64,000 bases of DNA from Mobula hypostoma (GCF_963921235.1 NC_086097.1:174222001-174286000), one strand, 5' to 3'; positions 52,030 to 62,444 are shown, counted from the first letter of the stretch. Notes: generated from the sequence alone by a model not told the origin. Made by a program: numbers and translations.

Positions 52030-54160
52030 TTTGTGGAACTGGAGAAGCCAACACTCTGGGCCACTGCTATACCACCATCAAGAATGCTTACCATGTCATC
52101 CCATGTCCACACTTTGGAAAAGTCTGATCACATGGCTGTATTTCTACTCCCTGAGTATAGCCAATGACCACAGCATCAGTCGAGTGAACCAAGAAGCTAT
52201 GGACAAGGTGGAGGAACGCTTATAATACTGTTTTGAGTTAGTGGACTGGACAGTATTCAGGGATTCATCTTTGAGTCTGAATGAATACACCACAATTGTC
52301 AGTGACTTCATTAAAATCTGTGTGGATGAGTGTGTGCCTATGAGAACATACTGTACATATCTGAAACAAAAGCTGTGGATGAACCAGGAGATTTGCAGTC
52401 TGCTGAGGGCTAGATCTATGGTGTTCAAGTATGTTGATCCAGTACTATACAAGAAAGCTAGGAATGAATTACAGAGGGCTATTTGAAGAGCAAAAGGACA
52501 ATTCCAATTGAGGTTAGAGGCAGAATCAGATCCATATCAACTCTGGCAGGGTTTGCAGACTGTTACTTCTTACAAAGTGAAACCTAACATCGTGAATAGC
52601 AGCGAATCATCACTCCTACATGATCTCAATACACGCTTTGAAAGGGAGATAAAAATACAGCTATGAGGATCACTGCAGCATCCAGTGACCATGTGATCTC
52701 TACCTCAGAAGTTGACGTCTGAATGTCTGTCAAGAGCGTGATCTCTAGCAAGGTAACTGGCCCCAGTGGTGTACCTGGGTACACTCTGAAAATCTGTGCC
52801 AACGACGTGGCGCGTGTATTCAAAGGCATTTTCAATCTCTCATTGCTACAGTCAGAAGTTCCCACTTGCTCCAAAAAGGCAACAATCATACCAGTGCCCA
52901 AGAAGAGCAAAGTGAGCCTCCTCAATGACTATCGTCCAGTTGCACTCGCATCTTCTGTGATGATCATGGCTGGAATCAACTTCTGCCTAATCAAGGACCT
53001 GGACCCACTGCTATTTGCCTATTGCCACAACAGGTCTACATTGAATGCGATATCATTGGCTCTTCACATTGGCTGTGGATCATCTGGACAATACTAATAC
53101 TTGTGTCAGGCTGCTGTTTATTGACTCCAGCTCATTGTTTAACACAATCATTACTACAGTTCAAAAGACTCCAAAACCTGGGCCTTTGTACTTTACTCTG
53201 CAACTGGATCCTCAACTTACTCAATGAAAGACCGCAGTCTGTGCAGTTCGGAAATAACATCTTTACCTCGCTGATAGCCAACAAAAACCTCAACTGCTAT
53301 ACTCTATCTACACCCTTGACGGTGTGGCTAGGCACAGCTCAAGTGCTATCTATAAATTTGCTGATGACATAAGTATTGTTGGCATAATTTCAGGTGGTGA
53401 TGAGAAGACGTACAGGAGTGAGATAAATCAGCTGGTTGAGTGTTGTCGTCGCAACAACCTTGCACTCAATGTCAGTGAGAATTGATTGTGGACTTCAGAA
53501 AGGGTAGGACAAGGGAACACACACCAGTGCTCAATGAGGGATCAGAAGTGGAAAAGGTGAGCAATTTCAACTTGTCAAGAGTGTCAACATTTGTGAGGAT
53601 CTATCCTCAGCCCAATGTATTGATTCAGTTATGAAGAAGGCATGACAGCAGCGATATTTCATTTGGAATCTGACAAGTTTTGGTAAGCCAGCAAAGACAC
53701 CCACAAATTTCTACTGATGTGCCATGAGAGTATTCTAATTGGCTGCATCACTGTCGAATATGAGTGGGGGCTCTGCACAGTTTGGAAATAAGCTGCAGGA
53801 GGTTGTAAACTCAGTTAGCCCCATCACTGGCACTCACCTCCCCAGCATCCAGGGCATCTTGGAGGAGTGATCTCAAGAAGGTGGCATCCATCATTAAGGG
53901 TCCCCATTACCCAGGGCATGCCCTCTTCTTATTGCTACCAGCAGGGAGGAGGTACAGGAGCCTGATGGCACACATTCAATAATTCAGGAACAGCTTCTTC
54001 TTCTGTGCCAACAGTTTTCTGAATAGACATTTGAACCCATGAACACTACCTCACCACTTCTTTTCTTTTTTTGTACTGCTTATTTAATTTAACTTTTTAA
54101 AATATATATAGACTGTAATTTACAATTTTTAGTATTAAGTGTTGCAACATTCACCTGCTG
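52030..54160 (+). mobile_element. Rex1/Babar-type LINE, 5'-truncated and decayed (endonuclease end, RT, C-terminal region)
   Basis: Frameshifted peptides: DWTVFRDSS…CVDECVP…WMNQEI; GPSGVPGYTLKICA…IFNLSLLQSEVPTCSKKATIIPVPKK…LNDYRPVAL; LDPLLFAY…NRST; VRLLFID…FNTI; KFADD at about 53355-53369; PHYPGHALF…LPAGRRYRS near 53900-53960. Confidence 0.9.
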
Positions 54161-55108
54161 CATAGAAATATAGAAAACCTACAGCACAATACAGGCCCTT
54201 TGGCCCACAAAACTGTGCCAAACATGTCCTTACCTTAGAAATTGCCTAATGTTACCCATAGCCCTCTATTTTTCTAAGCTCCATATACCTGTCCAGGAGC
54301 CTCTTAAAAGACCCTATGGTATTTGCCTCCACCACAGTTGCTGGCAGCCCATTCCACGCACTCACCACTCCCTGCGTTTTAAAAAAAACACTTTGCCCTG
54401 ACATCTCCTCTGTACCTACTTCCAAGCATCTTAAAACTGTGCCCTCTCGTGCTGGCTTATTTTCTCAATAAGCCTTGCATGGGGTATCTTGTCAAATGCC
54501 TTGCTGAAATCCATATACACTACATCTACTGCTCTACCTTCATCAATGTGTTTAGTCTCATCCTCAAAAAATTCTATCAGGTTTGTAAGGCACGACCTGC
54601 CTTTGACAAAGCTATACTGACTATTCCTAATCATATTATAACTCTTCAAATGTTCATAAATCCTGCCTCTCAGGACCTTGTCCATTAACTCACCAACAAC
54701 TGAAGTAAGGCTGACTGGTCTATAATTTCCAGGGCTATCTCTACTCCCTTTCTTGAGTAAGGGAACACCATCCACAATCTTCCAACCCTCCGGAACCTCT
54801 CCCGTTCCCATTGATGATGCAAAGATCATTGCCACAGGCTCAGCAATTTCCTCCCTTGTCTCCCACAGTAGCCTGGGGTACATCTCGTCCGGTCCCGGTG
54901 ACTTAGCCAACTTGATGCTTTCCAAAAGCTCTCGCACATCCTCTTTCTTAATATCTACATGCTCAAGCTTTTCAGTCCACTGCAAGTCATCCCTACAATT
55001 GCCAAGATCTTTTCCGTAGTGAATACTGAAGCAAAGTACTCATTAAGTACCTCTGCTCTCTCCTCTGGTTCCATACACACTTTTCCACTGTCACAATTGA
55101 TTGGTCCT
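54161..55108 (-). mobile_element. CR1-type LINE fragment, internally deleted, inserted in the 3' tail of the Rex-Babar LINE
   Basis: ORF 54431-54985(-): KSPGPDEMYPRLLWE…PGNYRPVSLTSVVG…SQYSFVKGRSCLTNLIEFF…VDVVYMDFSKAFDKIPH. The 3' tail repeats appear as CATAGAAA/TATAGAAA at 54161-54176. Confidence 0.92.
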
Positions 55109-55161
55109 GTAACAACAAATTTCACGATATTAAATCTGATACTAAACCTGATTCTGATTCT
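55109..55161 (+). mobile_element. Displaced extreme 3' tail of the Rex-Babar LINE
   Basis: AACAACAAATTTCACG…AAACCTGATTCTGATTCT continues the …CTGCTGCAT broken at 54160. An uninterrupted reverse-complement relative lies at about 59570-59620 (ATCAGGATCAG…CGTGAAACTTGTTG…GGCAGCAGTACA). Confidence 0.75.
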
Positions 55162-55944
55162 TCTGTATGTATTTGTGCTAAGTGAGGTTAGGGTCTTGTT
55201 GCTAACTGCTACTACAATCGTATAAATTAGAATGTGTTCGTAATTACAATTAATCTTGATCAATAATTCCTGATGGGACTTAAGTAATGTAAGTTCTCTC
55301 AGACTTGAGTACTTGTATTTTTTTCTGCACTTAGGTACCATAAATCATCTCCAGCTGAGGTGGGGATTAGGGAACTTGATATTTGAGATCTACCAATTAC
55401 TGTCTGAAACAATCCGCAGGGAGATGTGTGACCATAACCTGTGAGAAATGCCTAATAGTGCATTTAGATTTTGTCATTTATTTAGCAAGTGGCTGAAAAT
55501 TGAGATTTAGACCTAAAGCAGTGATGTGGATTGCATTCAGCCACTGAAGATTGTAGTGGGGGGAGAAACCTGAAAGAGTTAAAGAATTCTATGTAAATAT
55601 AAAAGGATATTGGAGCATATTTTGAAGAGAAATTTCCTTAAATGCAATATGGCAAATGATATTAAAGGCATGCATTAATAAATAATAATGTTTGAAAGCA
55701 TAAAGTGCCTCTTGTATGTAATGGAATTCTCTGAAATAAAATAACTTGTTAAGCAAATAAATTACCAATTATTGATCACCACTTCATCTGTTCTATTTGA
55801 AGAAAAATATTCAGCCAGAACATTAGGTATTCTACCTCCCCTTTTCTCTTTGTATGCATCTGAACCCCTCTACAATGGCGGAATTAAAACTCAGTGGAAT
55901 AAATAAACTATGATAACATTGTGGAGTTGTATTTATTACTTGAA

Positions 55945-56150
55945 AATCAAAATAACTGCAAATCTAAAATAAAAACCAAACATATTGAAATGCTAAGCAG
56001 GTCATGCTGCATATGTAGGAATAGAGGCTACTAATATTTTGGGTATAAAACCCTAAATCAGAATCATTTTGAAAGGTCTTTCAGTTGAAATGCTAATTTT
56101 ATCTTCTCACAGGTAAGTGTGAATATTTCCAGCATTTTCACTTTTTTCTT
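55945..56150. mobile_element. Old, degenerate Penelope-derived inverted-repeat element
   Basis: Decayed versions of the motifs in the young copy at 56768-56990: AGCAGGTCATGCTGCAT…, ACCCTAAATCAG / TGAAAGGTCTTTCAGTTGAAATG, and …TTTCCAGCATTTT. Confidence 0.5.
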
Positions 56151-56604
56151 CTTCAATTTTTCACAGTATGGGTAAGGCTGGCATTTATTGCCATTCCTAA
56201 TTACTCTTGTAAAGTTTGCGCGAGCCATCTTGAAATGCTGTAGTCCTTCTGCCTAAGATACATCTGCACTGATATTTGGTAGGATGGTGTGCAACTTGAG
56301 AGGAACCAGCAGATGATGGTGCAGTCATGTGCCTGCTTCTGTTGTTCCTCTTGATGGTAAGATTGGAATAGGTTAAGTTATCTGCAGTGTATTTTGTGGC
56401 TAGTAGTACATTTTACAGTTACGGTGAACAGTTAGTAAAGGTCTTTATGGTCATAGAGGGAATGCCATTTATGGGCTTGGCCTGTTTTTGATTAGAATAT
56501 CATTTCTTGAGTGTTGGACTCCATGGAGAGTGTCATAATCCTGCAATAAATCTTGTAGATGAAAGGAAGTGTGTCACTTTCCACAGGATACCTTCTATTG
56601 TAGT

Positions 56605-56750
56605 TTAAAGTTCAAAGTATGTTTATTATTGATGTATACATTATACAACCTTGAGATTCATCTCCTTACAGGCAGCCACAAAACAAGAAACCAAAATGAA
56701 TCTATTAAAAAAGACCAAGAACCACTCAATGCACAGAGAAATGGAAAAAA
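56605..56750 (-). mobile_element. Short retroelement 3' tail, same family as the array's right flank
   Basis: AAGTTCAAAGTATGTTTATTATTG…TATACAACCTTGAGATTCATCTCCTTACAGGCAGCCACAAAAC is the reverse complement of the 51170-51213 plus 51949-51973 tail. Confidence 0.6.
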
Positions 56751-56767
56751 AAACACTTTGGATTGTT

Positions 56768-56990
56768 AACAACAGGAATTCTGCAGATGCTGGAAATTCA
56801 AGCAACACACATCAAAGTTGCTGGTGAACGCAGCAGGCCAGGCAGCATCTCCAGGAAGAGGTACAGTCGACGTTTCAGGCCGTGACCCTTCGTCAGGACT
56901 TCGAAGGGTCTCGGCCTGAAACGTTGACTGTACCTCTTCCTGGAGATGCTGCCTGGCCTGCTGCGTTCACCAGCAACTTTAATGTGTGTT
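56768..56990. mobile_element. Young Penelope-like-element-derived palindromic insertion (223 bp) with a 13-bp TSD
   Basis: Inverted arms at 56804-56892 and 56902-56990 (89 bp each, 3 mismatches) surround a 9-nt loop. The direct repeat ACTTTGGATTGTT flanks it at 56755-56767 and 56991-57003. Confidence 0.9.
56865..56900 (-). ncRNA. Minimal type I hammerhead ribozyme motif (Penelope-type)
   Basis: The minus strand reads AGTC-CTGACGA-AGGGTCACGGCCT-GAAA-CGTC-GACT. This gives stem I (AGTC/GACT), the CUGANGA box, a stem II hairpin, the GAAA box, a palindromic ACGT mini-stem III and a GUC cleavage triplet. Confidence 0.7.
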
Positions 56991-57111
56991 ACTTTGGATT
57001 GTTGTTGTTTTTATTAATGTGTATATCGTAGTTGAGTTTCTGGTCAGTGATGACCTGCAAGATGTGGAGAACCTAAGAGTATTGACTGTTAGTGGTATGT
57101 GATTGGACTGT

Positions 57112-57412
57112 CATAGAGCCATAGAACACTACAGCATGGAAACAGGCCCTTTGGCCCATCTAGTCTAGGTGGATCTATTAATCTGATTAGTCCCACTGAC
57201 CTGTACTGGGCCATAGCTCTCATCTATGTACCTGTCGAAATTTCTCTTAAATGTTGGTATCAAACCTGCATCCACTACTTGCGCTGGTAGCTTATTCCAT
57301 ATTCTCACCACCCTCTGAGTGAGGAAGTCACCCTTCATGTTCCCCTTAAACATTTCACCTTTCACCCTTAATCCATGACCTCTAGTTCTGGTCTCACCCA
57401 ACGTCAGAGGAA
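57112..57412 (-). mobile_element. CR1 LINE 3' end (5'-truncated)
   Basis: ORF 57165-57443(-) contains TRTRGHGLRVKG…FLTQRVVRIWNKLPAQVVDAG…FKRNFDRYID, a typical CR1 ORF2 C-terminus. Tail repeats CATAGAGC/CATAGAAC lie at 57112-57127. Confidence 0.88.
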
Positions 57413-57767
57413 AACCACTTTTGGGATGGTTGTTGACAAGCACTTCTGTGACATGAATCTGACTTTACACTTATCAACCTTGGCACAGTGTTGTCTATCT
57501 TTGTATTGCTGTGTGTACGATGAACTGCTTCATTTTGTGAAGAGCTGTGATTATCAGCAAATGTCCTTTATGACAGAAAGAAGGTCATTGATACAGCAGC
57601 TGAAGATGGTTTGGCAGAGGACCCTGCTCTGAAGAATTAATACAGTACTATCACAGGGTTAGGAACTTTGTCTTTTCCTGTATGTAATCTGTTACCCTGA
57701 CATTGTAACGTGCCTTCAAGGGGTTGTGTGTTCAGGTCGCTGAAGTAGATTTTAAACCCACAATAAT

Positions 57768-57886
57768 AACGACAGGGAATTCTGCAGATGATGGAAATCA
57801 AGAGCAACATACAAAATACTTAGCAGGTCAAGCAGCATTCATGGAAAGGAATCAGTCGTCAACATTTTGAGCTGAGACCATTAGGA
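57768..57886. mobile_element. Penelope-derived fragment (single decayed arm)
   Basis: AACGACAGGGAATTCTGCAGATGATGGAAATCAAGAGCAACATACAAAA…AGCAGGTCAAGCAGCAT aligns by eye with 56768-56850. Confidence 0.7.
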
Positions 57887-58032
57887 TGTAATGTTAAACG
57901 CTGAAAGTTCTTATTCAGTAGTCACTTTATTACATCAGCCACCAAATAGAAATAAATGATGGAGTATGAAAAGGGTTTTTTTTAATGGTTGTTTTAACTG
58001 TAATCAATACTAATTTTAGTGAGGTTTTGGAA

Positions 58033-58570
58033 AATCAAAGTCAAATTTAGTAGCATATGCACAAGTACATGTATACACAAATTCAGTGAAAAGCTTACTT
58101 GCAGCAGCTTCACAGGCATGTGGCATCAGGTAAGCAGCATTCATAAGAAAAACAGAAATTAAATATTATACACAATTTTCTGAAGGAAAGAACACAATTA
58201 GTCAAAAAATTTCCACTTTAGTGCAAAGTGACCGAAGTGGTCATAGTGTTGCTAAATTGAAGTAGCTTACTATGTTCAAAGTAAACTTATTATCCAAGTA
58301 CATATATATCACCATATACCACCCTGAGTTTCTTCAATCTGGTGGTATGGGATTTCAGACTTCTCTCCCTCTTGCCCAATGATAACTGTGAAAGGATGGT
58401 CTGCTTTATATAATGTGAGTCTTTGATGATGGCTACAATGGTATAGAGTATGTAGGTATACAAAGGTATGCAGTATGTCTATGGTGCATTGGAGAGGGTC
58501 CACAATTGTCTGCAGCTTCTTCTGTTCCTGCACATTTGAATTGCTCTATCATACCATGATGTAATTTGTC
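58033..58570 (-). mobile_element. Cluster of decayed LINE 3' tails and fragments
   Basis: The tail-like blocks AATCAAAGTCAAATTT…GCAGCAGCTTCACAGGC and TTCAAAGTAAACTTATTATC…CCATATACCACCCTGAG resemble the other tails in the window. The 58335-58570 part resembles a decayed Rex-type C-terminal region. Confidence 0.45.
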
Positions 58571-59144
58571 ACATGTGCTATAGCACTTACTATTTCATTA
58601 TTCCTCTGACATTTAATTATTGAGCAAATCAATGTTTTCGCAACTGCACAGATCATTGACAGGTCATCTGTTGATATTTTGAATCAGTAAAATAATTTTC
58701 TACAGTAGAATTGTTGAGAACATTTTTTTGCACAATGTAATTTTGAAGGAGCTGAAAAGGTAATAAATACTGTTTGGAAGTAATGAGATACTTGTTCAGA
58801 ATTCAACTTCTGGCGGCATTCACTATTTAGAAATTCTGTTGGTGTTTTGTTTTAAATGATCCATCTTGCAGTGATTAGAGCAAATTTATTTTTGTTTGCA
58901 CAAATTGATTGTATGACTGATTGATAGCTCAATTATTTACAATATAAATAGAGGATGTTAGAAATGCTCAAGTTAGGCAAAGTGTGAAGAGAGTAACAGT
59001 GTTAGCACTTAAGAATTATGATCTTGCAGATTTTCAGGTTTTAAGTTTTTTGCTATTTAATTGGCTTTGTCCAACTTTAATCCAATTTCCTTGCGTATGA
59101 AAAACGTGTTATTGTCCAGTTTGACAAATTTCTAATGATACAGC

Positions 59145-59568
59145 TTCCTCACAAGAGCAGGGATAGAGTTCCCTTGGTTTCTTTCCTTTACACCCCACCA
59201 GCCTCATTACTCAACAGGTTATTCACTACGTTTTCCACTATCTTCAGCATTTACACCACTAGACACATCTTCCCCTATTCAACTTTAAGCATTTCAAGGG
59301 GGTATTCCCTTCACTAGTTCCTGGTCCACTCATCTGTTCTCAACAACCACCCTTTTTGGGCATTTTGGTTTGCAGTTGCAGAGAGGGACCCAATCAGTCT
59401 TATGAAATGAAATAGTGGTTTACTTACAATTTTTCCTATCCGGTGTTCTGCACCTGGTATTCACAATGTGGTTTTCTCTACAAAAGCAAAACTAAATGTA
59501 GATTGGGTCACCACTCTGCATTCAGTCTGCAGTGATGACCCTGAGTTTCCTGTTGTCTCCCACTTCAT
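59145..59568 (+). mobile_element. Penelope-like element ORF remnant (linker plus GIY-YIG endonuclease region)
   Basis: The decayed peptides KSRDRVPLV..YTP and FCTWYSQCGFLY…KTKCRLG…LHSVCSDDPEFPVVSHF match the PLE pattern 'RVPLV.TYHP' and 'YCI.C..C..LYIGET.R.L..R..EH….PVA.HF'. Confidence 0.65.
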
Positions 59569-59569
59569 T

Positions 59570-59905
59570 ATCAGGATCAGATTAATCGTGAAACTTGTTG
59601 TTCTAATGGCAGCAGTACAGTGAAAGGACATGAAAATGATGATGAGTTACAAAAATAAAGCCAGAGGGGAAAGAAGCTATTCCTAAGTCACTGAGTGTGA
59701 ATATTCAGGCTTCCTGTATCACCTCCCTGATTGTTGCAATGAGTAAAGGGCATATCCCAGATGGTGAGGACCCATTGTGATGGATATTACCTCTTTGACA
59801 TACTGCCTCATGAAGATGTCCTCGATGGTTGGGAGAGTTGTGCCCCACCCTGTGTGGCCTCCTGTACTGATGCAATGAGGCCTGGAGTACAGTTGAGTCC
59901 AGCAC
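59570..59905 (-). mobile_element. Rex-Babar-type LINE 3' fragment
   Basis: The minus-strand peptide LPTIEDIFMRQYVKEVISITMGPHHLGYALYSLQQSGR parallels the C-terminus of the LINE at 53830-53960. The same 3' tail is present at 59570-59620. Confidence 0.75.
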
Positions 59906-60537
59906 TTTATCTTCCATTTTGGGCACACAAAATGGATTTGACGTGACTTGGATTTGGGTCCAAGCCATGTTCAATCTCAGGTGATTTTAATTTGTGTCTT
60001 TTGCGACGATTCAGTTGATTCTATTTTCTTGATGCATCGATATTATTCATTTACAAATATAACAATTCATAATGAAAGTGAGCTTTGCAGTAAAACTGAC
60101 CTTTATTTTCATTATCACAGAAACATTGGGAAAGAATTATAATTGTTTTAGTCCATTAATATCTAAAGTTTTATAACTTATTTGTGACGGTGTACTCAAG
60201 AAAATACCATTGACATCATAAACATGTGACAAAATTTCAGTATGCGTATGACTGTCTTAGTCTTAGTGATGTTTGCATTGTTGGTTTCCTTATGTGGTAG
60301 ATGAGAGAGTGGATGCTCAAGGGCTACAAACATTCCCAGCCTGAAACATGAGTCTAATTTAGTGTAGAGAGCCTGGGTGTCTGTTCTACAGAGAAATACA
60401 TATGTGCATGATTTGGTTGATGTTTGTTAGATATCTGTTTTTGGGTGGAAGTTTTCTACTGCAAAAGTTGGGAAATGGCCTCTGTGTTATAGCAGAAGTA
60501 GATAAATTTTGTGTTCTTTGGACGAAGGATGTGACAG

Positions 60538-60592
60538 TTTTTATGCCATGGACCCTTACTGAGGAGTCTGTGGACCCCAGGTTGGGAACCCC
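60538..60592. mobile_element. Possible short hAT-type MITE remnant
   Basis: TTTTTATGCCATGGACCC…GTCTGTGGACCCCAGGTTGGGAACCCC resembles hAT/Charlie termini (…GGTTGGGAACCCCTG). Only one end is recognisable. Confidence 0.4.
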
Positions 60593-61071
60593 AACTTAAA
60601 GAGATAGTAAATAAATATTAAAAAAGCACTGAAGAACAGGGGCCCAGTGGCGTGATATCATGGACCTGGCACAGGCAAAATAGGCCAAATTGCTGGCTCA
60701 AAGTTGGAAATATCTTAGATGCTATAATTGAAAACTTTTCTCGACTGTGAGATCTGAATAAATGCAGTTTGCTTGAGCCAAAATGGAAATGTACTGTTGT
60801 GACTAATTTATTTTTTATGCTGAATAGTTTTTTTTGAGGAAACATCAAATGCAGCAATATTTAGTGCACACAAATAAACAAGTGGTATCATTATTATTTG
60901 AATCTTAAAACTGTGCTCTTCCTTTGTAATTTCTCCTTCATCTAGTGGAATTTTTAGTAGGAAGTAATTTGTCCACTGTAGAGCCTTTGAAGGGAATGAT
61001 GACTAATCAATTAGTTGACCTTGTTGGAGAGCTATATACCTACCCACCTACCAACCCACCCCCTCCCCCGG

Positions 61072-61305
61072 CCCTTAGAGCACAGCAACTTCCGATTTAC
61101 CTCTTGCCTAATCATAAGAAAATTTACAATGACCAATTAACCTCCCAATCGGTACGTCTTTAGACAGTAGGATGAAACTAGAGCACTTGGAGGAAACCCA
61201 TGCGGTTTCGGGGAGAACGTACAAACTCCTTCCAGGCAGTGGTGGGTATTGAACCCGGGTCGCTGGCACTGTAATGTGTTGTGCTAACTACTGCGCTACT
61301 GTGTT
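61072..61305 (-). mobile_element. tRNA-derived SINE with V-SINE-type core (HE1-like)
   Basis: The minus strand has an A-box-like GTAGCGCAGTAGTTAGC and a B-box GGTTCAATACC (61245-61255). These are followed by GGAGTTTGTACGTTCTCCCC…GGGTTTCCTCC…AAAGACGT…GGTTAATTGG…TGTAAATT, characteristic of V-SINE cores. Confidence 0.85.
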
Positions 61306-61822
61306 AGTGGAAATGTGATGAACACATTGAAAGTTGAAGATTATAAAGATGTGCTGATAATCTCCATGTTTTGAGGTGTTGACAAATGTTATTCTAAAAT
61401 TTGTCTCTTTAAAGTAATTTTTTGGGGGTATTTTTGAGGCATATTTGTCGATAATAGGAAGAAAAATGAAGCTGCAAAGCATTTATATCAGATTTGGCAG
61501 CATTAAAATCACTTGGGAATTTAGGAAATTCCAGGAAAACTGCATAGTATGTTCAGAATAGAAGACCTTTTGGTACAGAAACAGTTAGTGCAAATGAAGC
61601 CTGGTTTATTTAAAGAAAGGCATCACTAAACATGGAGAGAAAGGAATAGAAGGATACGTTGATGGCCTTAGATGAAAATGGGTCCATTAGGTTTAGTGGG
61701 ATATATTTAGCTCAATAAATCTAAACCAGTGTTTATCTTTTATAGTCTTACAATGTGGATAATCTCTGTTTTTAATTGCAAGTAAAAATCATATTTTAGG
61801 AACAAGCATATTGTTGTATTAG

Positions 61823-62095
61823 TAGCAACACATAAAACTTTGGAGGAACCCAGTAGTTCAGGAAGTATCTGTGGAGGGAAATAGACAGTTGAAGTTTTGG
61901 GTCAGAACCCTTCCTCTGGACTGGAAAAAAAGGGAGTTAGCCAGGAGGAAAGAAAGGCTTGAACAAGAGCTGGCAGCTGATAGGTGGATGCAGGTGAGAG
62001 GGTGGTGATAGCAAATGAGGAAGGGGAGAGGGTAAGAATGATGTCAGAAGCTGGGAGGTGATCGGTTGAAGTGACAAAGAGGTGAAGGTGAATCT
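61823..62095 (-). mobile_element. Decayed Penelope-like element terminal region
   Basis: AGCAACACATAAAAC…GGAGGAACCCAG…CAGTTGAAGTTTTGGGTCAGAACCCTTC resembles the arm of the 56768-56990 element and is followed by a purine-rich tract. Confidence 0.55.
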
Positions 62096-62208
62096 GTTTT
62101 ATGATGAATTTGATCTGTATGGCGATAATTGTATATGGTATTTAGGAGTGTATGCAAAAGGTGCATATCTTAATCCATACTGCATTGACTTCTTTAATTT
62201 TTTTTTAG

Positions 62209-62289
62209 CAAGTTGAAGAAACTGAGTGAAGACAGCCTCACAAAACAGCCTGAAGAAGTTTTTGATGTACTGGAAAAGCTTGGTGAAGG
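62209..62289 (+). CDS. STK3: Serine/threonine-protein kinase 3 (MST2, Hippo orthologue), internal coding exon (exon 2 equivalent, 81 bp, phase 2/2)
   Basis: Acceptor TTTAATTTTTTTTTAG|C and donor GG|GTGAGT. It encodes (S)KLKKLSEDSLTKQPEEVFDVLEKLGEG. KLKKLSED matches STK3 rather than STK4 (QLKKLDED). Confidence 0.97.
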
Positions 62290-62347
62290 GTGAGTGGCAT
62301 AATGTTTCAGATTTTGTTCAGAGAAATGGTATTCTCTGGATCCTTTC

Positions 62348-62444
62348 CTGCTGTTACAGAAAACTGGAGTTGTTATTCTGCTGTTACAGAAAACTGGAGT
62401 TGTTATTCTGCTGTTACAGAAAACTGGAGTTGTTATTCTGCTGT
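62348..62444. repeat. Perfect 30-bp minisatellite, 3.2 copies
   Basis: CTGCTGTTACAGAAAACTGGAGTTGTTATT occurs three times, followed by CTGCTGT. Confidence 0.97.

Larger units (their letters stand above)
56165..57640 (-). mobile_element. Ancient LINE (CR1/L2 clade) RT and 3' region, fragmented by younger insertions
   Basis: The minus strand at about 57580-57638 translates as ILQSRVLCQTIFSCCINDL (decayed PQGSVLGP..F...INDL), followed by TFADN (decayed FADD) at about 57548-57563. Decayed LINE-like sequence continues to about 56165. Confidence 0.65.

Noticed and set aside
52007..55341. Functional reverse transcriptase or host genes
   Set aside because: Multiple stops and frameshifts, truncation and internal deletion mark these as dead LINE copies.
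56902..56930. Second hammerhead on the + strand
   Set aside because: It retains stem II and GAAAC but lacks the CUGA of the catalytic core (it reads CTTCGAAGGG).
58118..58135. ATGTGGCATCAG|GTAAGC as STK3 exon 1
   Set aside because: The donor is phase 0, incompatible with the phase-2 start of exon 2, and it lies in a decayed repeat.
61235..61305. tRNA gene
   Set aside because: A and B boxes are present but there is no cloverleaf, and the sequence continues into a SINE core, so it is a SINE head.
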